DNA from: Camelus ferus
Taxonomy: Eukaryota
Assembly: GCF_009834535.1 (NCBI RefSeq)
Contig: NC_045697.1
Coordinates: 22,942,001 to 23,006,000 of the forward strand
Reading direction: 5' to 3'
DNA: 64,000 nucleotides
The notes below the pieces were generated by a model. The model saw only the letters and a program-made list of their open reading frames with translations, searched no databases and was not told the origin of the DNA. This document shows, in pieces, positions 49,650 through 62,512 of the stretch (within the stretch, counting starts at the first letter, position 1; each line of letters opens with the position of its first letter). Made by a program: the position numbers and the translations under genes.

Positions 49650-49895
49650 GGATTAGCAGACACACATTACTATATATAAAATAGATAAACAACAAGGACC
49701 TGCTGTATAGCACAGGGAACTATATTCAGTTTCTTAAAATGAGCCATAATGGAAAAGAAACTGAAAAAATATTTATTTGTGTATATATATATATATATAT
49801 GTATAATGAATCACTTTGCTATACACCTGAAACTAACATTGGACATCGACTACACTTCAATTAAAAATAAGAATTAAAAAATAATTTAAAAATAA
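49650..49895 (+). mobile_element. LINE-1 3' UTR fragment with A-rich tail
   Basis: 'gattagcagacacacattactatatataaaatagataaacaacaaggacctgctgtatagcacagggaac..cacctgaaactaacattg'; no convincing TSD found. Confidence 0.93.
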
Positions 49896-50320
49896 AATAT
49901 ATTTGATTCTGCTTTGAGAATATGCAATACTTTAAAATAAAATAGAAAAAGGGCACTTTAAATGTGGGCTGGCCCAGAATCTCAGATATTGTCAATAAAG
50001 ATGATCAATCTCCCATAAGATTTCTTAAAGTGGGCAGCGGTCTCGTGTGTACTCTATATTGGGAAACGACACAGCTGCCCTAGGTGAGAAACATCAGCCC
50101 CAGAGCCTGAAGAGAAGCTGATCTATGGACATTATGAGGGGACATGATGCAGGCAGAGCAGACATTCTGTGCCCTGGAATAAAGGCACCTATAAAGGACA
50201 CTGCATCTCAAATCCAGGACACACAGACCTCAAAAAATGGACTTTCAGGCAGAATAAAATTAGATAGTTGTAAGCACAGAATTCAATTCTTTTTAGAGGG
50301 AAATCGGCTGAATGGTACAG

Positions 50321-50352
50321 ATAGATACAGATTTAAATAGATACAGATTTAA
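50321..50352 (+). repeat. Perfect 16-bp tandem duplication (atagatacagatttaa x2)
   Basis: Seen directly in the sequence. Confidence 0.95.
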
Positions 50353-53008
50353 AACTTGGCACAATAGACCTTCCACTTGTCAACAATATTTGATTTTTAT
50401 CCCCCTTTGGGAACGGGAAAGAAGGAGATATTACATTATGGGAAATGAGCAAGAGGCTTCAGTGAAGATTTCCCAGAGAATATGGAAATGAGGAAAATGG
50501 CCTTAAAATTGACATTTTCATATCAATACATAATAAATCAGAGGAGAACTATGCAAATTCATCTTGCACTTATTGAATGAATTTGTTGTATCCAAGAGTG
50601 TTTCCTTAGAGGCTCTATTTCTCATTATAAATGAATCCATTTTCTTTTTAATTTCCTCCCCAGTCTGATGAATTTTATCAACGTGAGCCTATCCACAAAA
50701 GACACCTCTTATCCTGCAATACTGATAGTCACATCCTAGGCTATGGTATAGTCACTCAGACTCTGGAGAGGAACGCAGCCACTTGGCCTTTCTCAAGTGA
50801 TAGACGTTCAGATATTGAGTTTGGTCACCCAAGAGATTTTCACCAATTTGCATTTATTGCATATTTAAGACCAAATTCCCTAGTTGGTCTTTTAAAAATT
50901 AATAATAAGCAAATGGACTTTAAAGCACCAAGTTTTTGAAGTCAAAGACATAAAGAAAAAATGAATTTTCTTTTTTTTCTTTTTTTACACTTAAATCATT
51001 ATCCACACATACTGTTACTTGAAATAGAAGGCTATCTTAACCCTTTCTTTTTGTGTTGACATCTATCTGTTGAGTATATTAAATTGTTGTGGTAAGAAGG
51101 AACACAGTAGTATGTGTATGGAGCTAAGTTTACAGATTCAATTCTATTGATTTTTATCCTTATTTACAAACAAAGCGTTAGACTTTGGAAAATACTGATA
51201 TCAAGCTGAAAACATTTGATATTTTCTAAAGGATTACAAAAGGAAATTTGCAAATGTCTACTGTATTTATTGTAGTACAGATTATCAAGAAGCATAATCA
51301 AAAAGTACATAAGAATCTGAAAACTGAAAAACAAGAAAAAAAGTGATTTTATGTCATTTTAAAAAAAATAATTGAATGTTTGATAACTGTGCAACTCTAA
51401 AAACATACAATGAATTTAATATGCATATCTGTATACTTTATTTTAAGAAATATTGAGATAAAATGCCATCACACTGTACACACTGATTCTGCACTTGTGC
51501 TGTCATCTTTCAAGATATCAAAATTATTTGTGGATTCTGGTCATTTCTCTGTTATTATTTGTCAAAAATAGCCCAAATTTTTAGAACCCTTTCATCTCAA
51601 TGCTCTAATTTGTATAAAAGGGTATAAACTGTTTCCTGCACCTACTAGGATTTCTTTGAAAAGAAAGAAATATGTAAAACTATATTAAAATGCTAATTTT
51701 AATATACTAATACAATACTTTTTTATATAAATACACAAACAAATTCTTCATTGGTTTAGGAACTGAATGTTTCTTTTAATTGTTGATATATCTCTAATGT
51801 ACAGATAATTTCAACTCTTTTTATAGGTGCATAGCACAAGAAGCTTTTTTTTTTTTTTTTGGATTTAGAAAGAGACCAAGCCCCTTCTGTGATTAAAGCC
51901 CAAAAGCCAACGTATTATTTTCCTTCTGGGGAAGGAAGTAACATCCAGTGGCCCAAAGCAGGAGTGGGCTTACATCTTCATAGGGTGACTGGCACGTGGC
52001 TTTGGTGTCATTCTAGGTGTTAGCCACCATGATTCCTAGCCATTTTCTGAGCATCATCACCAGACTTACTGATGATTTTCAGAGTAACCCTTCAAAATTC
52101 CTTCTTTGGGGCTAATAATTACTTTTTGACACAAACCTTCCCTGATACACAATTTGTGTTCAATGATTTTACAAGTAAGCACATTATAAATGGGTGCATA
52201 GCACAGAAAAAAAAAAAGAAAAAATAAATAAAACCTTTCCTAGAGGGCAGGAGACTGGTTGTCATTTCCAAGGTGTATCATTAACTTGGCCTGTGAAGAC
52301 TCCTGGACCACTACTGCTTAATATGTGAAATAAAAAAATCTGTCTACAATACATCACCAATGAGTATAATTCCTAACTAGATTAACAATTTTTAAGCAAT
52401 CTTAAAATTTATAATTCCCATCTTAGTTTATACTCTGGAGTTTCCCGGAAAAAAAAAGTAGGCAATAAAAAAGTGAAATAAAAATTATCATAAGAAATAA
52501 AGGGAAAGCAGAACACCTCTTGCAGTTAAGTTACCAAAAAAAAAGGAGTCTGGCTTAAGAAAGAGAAGGAGGAAGGAGCGAGGGAGGGACTGAGAGAGAG
52601 AAAGAACTAGAGAGATTGATTCCCTCAAATACATTCATATGACTAACATCAGGATACCTAAATATCATTATTCTGCATTACAACTGTGACAACAGAAGCA
52701 TCTGGAAATTTATATGGGATTAACCTTTCTGTGAGTAGTGCCCTCAATCAGTCACCTGGACATCTAAAATGGCTCACTTAGCACCATGACAGAATAAAAT
52801 CCACAACTTCGTTTCTTGCTATTCTTATACTAGTACATGTGCAATCAAAAAATTGTTGACCACTTACTTTTCATTTAATGTCCACAGAAAAACCGCATAA
52901 AATGACAACTGATGAACTAAAGTCACAGGTGAAAAATAATACACGTATTTTTAGAAAATAAAATCACTTTGGGAATTTCTCACCCACTTGGGTCAACCTA
53001 TTAGGTAG

Positions 53009-53583
53009 TGAGATAAGTAGGGGGACCGGGCAGATAGGATGGAGGAGAGGGAGGATGGTTTGGAAGATGGAGGTACCCCCACCTTCAGCAGAAAGGGGCT
53101 TTACTTCCTCTAAATGAGTGCCAGCAAGAAACTGGTTAGAACCACACGGCTGCAACTGCGCAGTAGCAACAAGGGCCTAACTGGACATGATCCTATGCTC
53201 ATTGTAATACAATTAGCATTGTGGTTCAGCCCCACCCCATGGGTTTTTCTGTGTGCATCATGGGTAAGGTCATGCACAAAAGGGGGTGAGCATGACTGAG
53301 CACTCCAGGGCCAAGAGCCATCAATCAATCAAGAGACCACCTCTAAGCAAGGGTATAAGAGAGAAGACAAACAGACCATTGCTGTCTTCCCTTAGATCAG
53401 CCCACGTCCCGTTTGTGGAGGTGTACTTTCCCTTTGCTAAATGAAACCTTTAAAATCTTTCACTATGCAACACTTCTGTCTTCAGTCTGAATTCTTATCT
53501 TTCGAGTATAACAAGTACTGGGATCTTTTTTCCTTCCCATTTTGGGTTAAGAAACCTATGAGCAAGGACATTTTACACTAACA
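53009..53583 (+). mobile_element. ERV1 solo LTR related to MER41
   Basis: Starts TGAGA, ends 'taaca'; TATAA at 53354. Shares 'aaactggttagaacc' (53129-53143) exactly with the reverse complement of 13345-13359, plus 'ctcattgtaataca.ttagcat', 'ggaggtgtactttccct' and 'tgaattct'. Confidence 0.8.
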
Positions 53584-55438
53584 AAAAAAAAAAGTGAGAT
53601 TTTACACTAATGGAGAGGGTGTGGAATGGGGAGCAGTTATTCGTCTCTGTGCTCAGGGTGGATTTGAGGGGGGACGAGCTGTGATGGGGGAGGTGCTACT
53701 AAGTAAACAATGCACAGGACGAAACAAATCGACTCCAGGTCTAGTTTTCCTCTACCTCTCTCTCTGACTTTATTTTATTTTATTTTTCTCTCTCTGACTT
53801 CAGAAAAGTCACTTTTCTTCCCTGAATCATTTTTCCCACGTGTTAAGTGAAAATGAGAACAATATTTATGTTTAACTCCGGTGTTTACTTTGAGATTGAA
53901 ATAAGTCAAGTGAATTATTCTGTGCCATGCAAAATGACAGGATTTAAAACTTCTGTTTTTTGGCGGCTCCTTCTCCAATGGGCCAAGATATTAACGTTTA
54001 GTGGCTTAAAAAAGCACAAATAATTCCACTTTGCAGTGACAAGGCAATCTAATTGTCAAATTGACTTTTTTTTTTCCCATTTCTTCAGAATATTTTCCGA
54101 GAGTGTGGGACTGTCTCTATAGTATCATTATGTGGAGTAAGGAAGACTCCCCTTAACCACAGTCTGCCTCCCAGTGGCCTGGACTTTCCGTTTCCCATGC
54201 AGGTGTTCCTCCATGTATTCTCTGAGGAACACAGCGTCAGGTCCTTAATAAATATTTCAGGTTGCACAAAATACCCTTAAGGGGCCTGGTAATGCAATTC
54301 TCAGCACGCTAAAAGTTCTAGAAAGCCCAATATATTGTTTAAAGAACAAAGAAAACCACAATTAAATTTTAAAATGTCAAAAATCCCTTCAGGCAATTAT
54401 TCCCCAGAAAAAGGGTGATAGACATTTTGATTGTGTTGCCTAAAATCTAAGATGCTTACTGCCTCATCCTCCGATGGAGAAAGTCCAAAGATGCAGAGAA
54501 AAATGATTCTCAGGCACTCCTTCCTCTCCTGTATGCAAAATCCCTTAGTGGTACATAAATGATTTCACAGCCAAGGTTCTCACAGTAAATAATTTACTTT
54601 CCCACCATATTCTTTATGGGCACTATATACACTCTTTACGAGACAGCAATAAAATTCAGTAGGTTTCTCTGTTTGACCTCTTTTGTTCATTCATGGAAGC
54701 AACACAGAGACACTTAGCTGCTCCTCCTCTGTTTTCGCTGAGAAATGAAGTTTTCTTTTTAATCAAATCTTAGGGTTAACGAAGTTATCATATGTATGAT
54801 ATACGAACCAGTAATTTTCTAAACTAACAATAAAATAAAATCAATGAGAAAATCATCAGTGAGGGTTATTTCATTGCCTTGATCACACAGAAGGCATTTT
54901 TATGATTCACAATCTATTAGGGACATCATTAAGCCTATCACTGTCATTTTACTGGAAGATGTGAGGAAATGATCATTAATGGGGAGTTCTGACTGAAGAA
55001 TTGCTGAATAAAACAGCTTTTTTAGTACTGCACAATCATGAAAATATAATTTTCATTCAAATGTGATGTCCCCACTACATCTTAAATTATCCTCCCTTAC
55101 CTAATTTCTCTGCCTACCTGAGGGGCCAAGGGTTATGTGGCCTGATAGAACACATTGCCAGCCAACTTCACTCTGATGAGGAAAATAATTTCCACCCAAT
55201 TGATGTCCGTTTGCATTTGTACAGCTGCACAGCATCTTCATTTTGTATCAAGAAAGGTCCCTAAATAAACCTTTTTTTTTTTTCTGGAATGAGTAAATTA
55301 TAAAATATGCACTACAATTCATCACAGAGAGATGTCAAAGAATCCAGTCTCCATCCATGCCTGGTAAGCCCCACCCCCATATCCCTCTTCCACAAAAAAA
55401 GAAACATATTCACACAAACAGAAGAATTTTAGGACGTA

Positions 55439-55897
55439 TAAAATAATGCCATTTGCAGCAACATAGATGCAGCTGGAAATCGTCATTCTAAGTGACGTAA
55501 GCCAGAAAGAGAAAGGAAAATACCATATGACATCACTCATGTGTAGAATCTAAAAGAAAAAGAAGAAAAAGGAAGACACTAATGAACTCATCTACAAAAC
55601 AGAAACAGACTCACAGACAGACATAGCAAACAAATTTATGGTTACAAGGGGAAAGGGGGTGGGAAAGGATAAATTGGGAATCTGAGATTTGCAAATATTA
55701 ACTACTATATATAAAATAGATAAAAACTAAATTTCTTCTGTAGAGCACAGGGAACTATATTCAATATCTTTCAGTAACCTATAACGAAAAAGAATGTGAA
55801 AACAAATATATGTGTGTATATATATGAGTGAAACGTTATGCTGTACCCCAGAAATTGACACATTATAACTGACTATACTTCAATTTAAAAAAAAAAA
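55439..55897 (+). mobile_element. Camelid-type LINE-1 3' end
   Basis: TSD gaatttt(a/t)gga(c/a)gta at 55424-55438 and 55899-55913 (13/15); 'ccagaaattgacacattataactgactatacttcaatttaaaaaaaa'. Confidence 0.95.
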
Positions 55898-55914
55898 TGA
55901 ATTTTTGGAAGTAA

Positions 55915-56100
55915 AGTACACTGAGAAAGCACAGACTTTCATGTGTAAAAACCTGTCTTCAAATCCGAGTTCTTTCACTAACTCTGTGGCTTTAGGCAAG
56001 TTACTTAATTTCTCTAATGGTTTTTGTAGGGGAGGATGGTTAAATGAGATAACACCTAAGACAAGTTTTACATAGTTTTTCTGCTCAAAATGTAATAACT
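55915..56100 (+). mobile_element. MIR SINE
   Basis: 'agcacagacttt..ttcaaatcc..tgtggctttaggcaagttacttaatttctct..ttaaatgagataa'. Confidence 0.8.
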
Positions 56101-56134
56101 CCACTCAAATACTGTTCAGATATCTTTTATGCCC

Positions 56135-56610
56135 CACATAATTCTTGATCCATATTTTCCTCCAGATACTGATGCAGTGACCAGCAGCTGAGCAGCACTG
56201 TGAGTGTCTCATTTTTTTTCCTCCTGGGAATTCCGTGGTTTCACTGAGCTTCACACATGAGAAAATCTACACATTAATGCCAGAATGACCTGGGAATGCG
56301 AGGGAGTTATATCCCACAGGGCAGCCCTGGAACAGTGAGGGTGTGATGGAGGGTGGACAAGCTACCCTCTTCTTTCCTTTGGCTGGATACTTCAGAGACT
56401 TGTGGTGCTTGTCTTCTGGAAGGTCCTGGTTGAGTCTAACCTCAGTTGCCCATGTGGATCAATTAGGAAATGTACTGCTGCATTTCTTTTTTCTGCTTCC
56501 TGTTTGTCTCTCTCCTTACTCACTTTCCTGCTCCCTAGACAACCTCTCTAATTAAAATACAGCACACAAATCCTTGTCTCATTCTCTACTTTCCTGAGTA
56601 AGGAAGGGTA
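56135..56610 (+). mobile_element. LTR16-like solo LTR (ERVL)
   Basis: 'gggaatgcgagggagttatatcccacagggcagccc', 'cctcagttgcccat', 'cacacaaatccttgtctca'. Confidence 0.78.
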
Positions 56611-56689
56611 TACTCAACAACAAGAAAAAAATGATCAACACTCTTAGGTCACTTCTGGAAATAACGGATAAGAGCTCATAAGAATTGGA

Positions 56690-57182
56690 GAGTATATTGA
56701 TTACAAAATTAGTAACCATTTCTCTCCATCCCTGTGCTCAGGCTCTTTTGAAACATGACTTTGCAGCCCTTCACATCAAGAAGCAAAGTCTATGAGACTC
56801 GCTTTGAGAACAGACATTAGCGAATGTGATGCCTGCACAGATTGAAGAAGAAACTTCATAGTAAGGCATCCTTTTTCTTGCTGCTCTTAGCAACACTATA
56901 GCTAGCCCTATGTCAGTGCGTCTAGGCCAACTAGATGGTGAGAGACACCTGGCCCAGCCATCCTTGTCACACAATTAACATCAATCCACAACCAGATATA
57001 AGTGAGACTATTATATACCATCCAGGCTTGGCTGAGCCACCAGTTGACCACAGAGGTCAGTGAACTTGGTTCAGCCTGAAAACACTGCATGGCTTTGTCA
57101 GAAAATTGTGAAAAATAGCCAATGTTGCTTAAGACACTCATTTTGAGGGTAGTTTGTTATGTATCCAAATTTCACTGATGCA
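56690..57182 (+). mobile_element. MLT1H-like solo LTR
   Basis: 'tgactttgcagcccttcacatcaagaag..gactcgctttg..aattgtga..ttaagacactcattttgagggtagtttgttatg..actgatgca'. Confidence 0.8.
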
Positions 57183-57409
57183 AGGAGGGTCCATATTGAT
57201 TACTACTGCTCTTCTCACATCAAGTAAGATTCTGGGACTCAATTTATCCTTCTGAAAATAATGCTATTAGAATTTTATTGTACTTGACAGGCCTAGCTTC
57301 ATTATTTTTTATGTATTTTTTTTGTATTTTTTCCATTATTTTTTAGTCTTAACTATTAGAGATTAACTTCACAGACTTTCAGATGCCAGAATTAAAAAGA
57401 AACAAACTT

Positions 57410-57957
57410 TCAGTTTTTGATCTCTGGTACCATGATTACCAATTATACATGCCTCCTGGTATATATCCTTTTGTAGTTCCTTCATATGTTGCCCCAGAGT
57501 TAACATGACATATGGCAGAAGTGACAGTATGTTAATTTTTGAGATTAAGCTAGAAAAGACAGCAGCTTCTGTCTTGAACTTATTCCTTTCCTTCTCTCCA
57601 TATCTGTATCTACATCTAAATCTGCATCTATATTTGTATATCATCACTCATCACTCATCACTCACTCTGGGAGAAGACACGTACTATGTCATAAAAATAC
57701 CCAAGTCAGCTAAGGAAAAGCCCATGTGGTAAGGAACCAAGGTCTACTGACAACAGCCAGTGATAATGGCCTGTCACAACTATACGGAGAGGGAACTTGG
57801 ACCTTCAGATGACACTTCTTGACTGTACCTCATGACCTAGCCGGATTCACTAACATCCAGCAAGCTGACTCACAAAAACTGAGATCATAATTGCTTATTG
57901 TGTTTCTCTGCTAAGTTTCTGAGGCCATTTGTTATAAAACAACAAATAAGTAATACT
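57410..57957 (+). mobile_element. MLT1F-like solo LTR
   Basis: 'gcctcctggtat..atatggcagaagtga..cactcactctgggagaag..cccatgtggtaaggaacc..gctaagtttc..atttgttat..taatac'. Confidence 0.8.
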
Positions 57958-58712
57958 GTGTCCAACAAAGATGGACCACACAATGTAGATCAGGTACCTG
58001 CCCCACATCTCCTTATGAATCTTCATTTATCCAATTAATTTTCAGTCCTTTTTTAGTATCTTCCGCCTATGGCAAGGGAAAGCAGGCTCAAAGATCTAAT
58101 CAAACAACCAGTCATCAGTGTACACACTCATCTGAATTGCAAGCTAATCCTTAACATCATGATAGTGTTTTTGTAAAATTCATTGTAGGAAAATCAAGGG
58201 AACAAAGTATTTGTTGAATATATTAATAGAGTATTAACTGGCAATTGCAAGGATTTGAGCCTTTCGGGAATAACACCTGCAATCAAAATGCTTTGGCACC
58301 TTTCATTGCTAGAGGCACGGTCACACATGCACACACAGTACAGCATAAACCTTCAATATGTATTTAATAAGTCAGGGGACCAAATCTTTTTTTCACTCAG
58401 TTCATTTCTTGTAGAAAGATTATCTGTATCTTGGCTTGCTTCTAATTTTGGTGCATCCTCTGAGCCTACTATTTCTGGAAAAGTCCCCTTGCTTAAGGAA
58501 TATTCCAGTCTTTACAATGTAGAAATTATGCATCCTGAGTCTCAATCTCTCTTCACCCTTACTTTTGCTATCTAAGGTTATAGCCAACTAATTTTCATTC
58601 ACCCATTTATTCATGTATCCCTTTCTGGATTTATTCTAATGGTAAATATCATGTAATTTATTGGTGAATAAAATGTTTCTAGAAAAGTGCTACCTCCTAG
58701 AATATTGGATTT

Positions 58713-58735
58713 TATATATATATATATATATATAT
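58713..58735 (+). repeat. (TA)n microsatellite
   Basis: Seen directly in the sequence. Confidence 0.95.
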
Positions 58736-60159
58736 GTCTCATAGGTATTGTCTTAGAGACAATTCCATAATCCAAAGAAATGATTTTCAACAGATGAAAA
58801 AAAGAATAAGAGAAAATGTTTCACAACAGGCAACTACTTATATCCTGAAAGAAGAATGAAGCCGATACCTTCTTGGAGTGAGAAGGTGAGCTGGACAGTG
58901 AAACAGTTTGAAGCAGCTGACCCAGTCCCTGCAGGAATCTGTCCACATGCTGCTAAAGCCAATATTCCAGGAATGCCACTTTGTGAAATTTGAAAATAAA
59001 ACAAAATGTCCTTATTAATTTGGTGACATTTGGGGGATTGTGGGACCAAACTCTGAATGATAGAAAAATGCATGATCCGTGCCGAGAGCACTGCTGAGCT
59101 GTTTGCCCCATTCCTCCGACGAGCAGGCTGATGGATTCTGCTCCCACAGAGAGAGCTCACAAAAATATCTACAACACCTTAAAATATCACAGGCAAAGCT
59201 TAAAATGTAAACTTTTGAACACTTTCCATTTCCATCTACCTTGGCCTTGTCTTCCTCTCACTCCAAGAATGTACCCCAGGCAGATAAAATCTCAAAGATA
59301 AAGAATTCATTTCCAGACTATGTTGGTATATTAAAAATAGCTTTTAAAATTCTATTTTCTGGTTACATGTTATTTTTCCCTTATCATCCAACAACTGTAA
59401 TATTAAGGAAATACACTGTGCAGCCTGGGGCCTTGGGAAGATAGGACCAAAAGGCTGTATGCTTGTAAATTTGGGGATTTTGTTTGAGACTAGCCAAATT
59501 TTGTTCGTTGAGATACAGTTTGCTATTTCAACCCTGTGAAGTACAACAAATGACATGTTTATGTTTGACTGAAAATACAGCTGAAGGTCCACACCCTGAA
59601 TAAGTGGAGAAATTATGTTCATGCTTAAATGGTACTTTGATGACTGTGTACAACTCGTTTTCTGCAGTTTCTCTTGACTACTTGAAGGCAGAATTAGTCT
59701 CTCATCTGTGTTCTCATAATACTTTACACGGAACGCCATGAAGACACTTTTCCAGACAGCTTTTATATGGCTTCTTCCCCCTGGATAGTGACTATTTTGA
59801 AGACAAAGGTAGTATCTTTGTTTTTTGGTGCCCAAAACATAATTCAGCCCAAGAGCTTATTAGAAGCTCCAAATCATTTGCAAAAGGTTAACTGCTACAT
59901 AAAATGATTTTAATTCAGAACTGTAAGATAAAAGGTCTAAATGTTGGACTATCTTCTTAACTATCTTCTATTTCTATTAATTATTGGAGGGGTCCCAATG
60001 GGAGAGTGCTGGAGGAGGATCAGACAATGGAAGGATGGAGTGGAAACATGTCAGGAGATAGTGACCAGTGGGTAGAGGAGGGTATCTGGGTAAAAGTTTG
60101 GAGCACAAGAGATGTCTTGTAGCATGATGTACAGACATATACATAGAGCCCAGCCATCG

Positions 60160-60428
60160 ATATTATTGTGTGGTTGGCTTTGGACAGGGGTTATGCAACA
60201 GCATAAAGGTAAAACGAATCCACTGTCCACACTGAGACTGTTCACATTGGCTGTGGCTTTGGTCATGCGGGCTCCCTTGTTTCTGCGCATGTCCTGACCC
60301 TGGTTTACCAGCTTTTTCAGAGTGACATGGTGGTTCCCAGCCTCCCTTTAAAAAAAAAACAGTGCGTTCTCTACCTAAGTCAGCTAGAGTTGGTTGATGC
60401 TGCTTGTAACTAAGAATCTGACTTGAGG
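60160..60428 (+). mobile_element. Old MLT1M/N-like LTR 3' part
   Basis: End 'cctaagtcagctagagttggttgatgctgcttgtaactaagaatctgact' matches MLT1-type 3' termini; the 5' boundary is uncertain. Confidence 0.6.
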
Positions 60429-60871
60429 TAGGCATGACAAGGTTCTTAGGCACAACCACAGTTTCAGTGACTAGACTTGAGGTGCGGTGCAAGTATTTTT
60501 CACCAGAAATAAGATACAAACTTTGTTGATTCATTGTTGTCTTATAGCCAATCGCTAGCGAAGTGCAGTGACACACATTTGCTGATAAAGAAGAATGTTG
60601 TGTAAATGTGTGGGTGGAGTGAATAAATGAACTGCCAGAGGGAAAAGCCGAAGAGTATTCTGTGCCAGTCAGCTAACTCAAATTACAGTTAAATCTTCCT
60701 CAAATTATGAAGCAACTCCACAGAGTATAGAAAGCAGTGAAGAAATATTCGAGGCCTTTTTAGACAGGGAAGATTTAGTCTACTAATTAACTGAATCCAA
60801 CATATTATATGCCCTTGGGCAACAAGAAACCACGCTTGCCGGACTGGATGAAGTGTGATTTTCTTTCTTCT

Positions 60872-60902
<31 letters not shown>

Positions 60903-61099
60903 GATTGAAACTAGAGTTAAGGCCTGTGAAACATAGAAACTTATCAACATTTAGAAGAAAAATTTCTTTGATGTCAGAAAGTAATCACTTGTACAGTATA
61001 TCCTTCATTACTTAGACTTGCCTGGACCCCACCTTATCCAAGGTTGACAATTTTGTCAGGAACAGTGACGTAGCTGAGACTTTGTTTTGCTTGCAAGTT

Positions 61100-62512
61100 C
61101 GTAAGTGAGTTTGGTATCATTTCACATCTATCAAAAGCTTGATTTCAACATGTTTTCTGATCTCAAATCTCCCACATCCTACCGTATATTTTCCACTTGG
61201 ATATTTTCAGTTTAGATCAAATGAAATGTAATTCAAATCAGCCTGATTTTCCCGGCTCTAAGACAACTTCTTCTGACTTACTTGTTTCTCCTGGTAGCAC
61301 CATAATTCTCACTGCTATTTATGCTTAAAGCACTGGAAATTTATTGGATGCATTCCGTTTATTTGCCCTTTTTATTTGATTAGTGGATTTTCCCTGTGCA
61401 AGGTGTCTCTGACCAGGGTCCACAGGAATGATCCGACTCCAGCAAGCTCACCATAAAATGTTCCCCCAGTTTTGTTTTCACCATCATTTTTCTCATATGA
61501 CTGGCTCTCTGTATTCCCCAGGATGAAGCCTGATTTCTCTAGTGCACTTAGGAATATTCTTATTTTACGTTATACCCCCGCTAGCTCTTAGAATCTCCCA
61601 TACACATCTCCACTTTAGGCAACTGGATTGAACTCGCAGGCTTTGGACAATTTGAATACCTGCACCACTCAGCATTTTGCGGAAACCCAGCCCAACAACT
61701 AACTGTGGTCTTACATGTGTGTTGAGAGACAACTCTCCATGATGTCTCTCCATGTTTTGAATCAGCTGCTGTTCTGGACCACCTTTTCAAGGATGTTGGT
61801 ATAACAAACTGTAAGAGAGAGTGTTTGTCTTCAGGGTTGAGGGAATATTTGTCTCCCAACCTGTATGATACGCATAATGCCCCCTTTCAAGGAAGATCTT
61901 GAGCAGATTTGCTAGCAGGCCCTTTTAAAGAATGAGGACATCCTAAGCTCAGGGTTGCTCAGTTGGACACAAATCTACTGGATGTGAATTGTCCGCCTAG
62001 GCCACTCTGCATCCCCCTCATGGGTCTTGGAGGGGAAGGGGAATTAATGTGAAGATACAGCTCCTGCTGCATGTTGTGCTGGGAATGGTGCTGCTGCTTG
62101 TCTCTGGCAGGGGAGCCTTGTGTCTGCAACCAGCATCCGTGAAACCCTGGCAGGCAACCTTATTGGTTTACAAGTCGAATAAAATTTTAGCTCCTTCATA
62201 GTTCTTGATGCTCTCCACAATGATTATCACTTATGTCATTTAATAAGAACATAGGATTAAGTCTGCAATTCTATGGGTATTCTTATTTCTCGCATGGTTT
62301 TAAATTACTCAGAAGTAGGAAATGTAACTCATGAAACAATCATCCAGTAAATAATATAAATATTCAAGTTATCTTATTTTTTAATTTGCTTTTCCTTGCC
62401 TGGGTGTAACATCAGTGAAAACGGGGACTTGTCTTATTTATCTCTTCAAGCCTAGTGCTGAAAAAGTTCCTGGAAGATACCATATGCTTAAAAATATGTG
62501 ATGAATGAATGA
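61100..62512 (+). mobile_element. L2 remnant, split by LTR40
   Basis: 'tattttccacttggatatt', 'tggtagcaccataattctc'; 3' end 'ggggacttgtcttatttt..cctagtgctgaaaaagttcctgg..atgaatgaatga'. Confidence 0.7.
61719..62209 (+). mobile_element. LTR40-like solo LTR (ERVL)
   Basis: 'tgttgagagacaactctccatg', 'gttctggaccaccttttcaaggatgttggtata', 'cctaagctcaggg', 'cagcatccgtgaaaccctggcaggc..ttcatagttcttga'. Confidence 0.85.

Noticed and set aside
59344..59835. 163-aa minus-strand ORF, and 60163-60576
   Set aside because: No recognisable protein features or exon structure; the second overlaps an MLT1 LTR.
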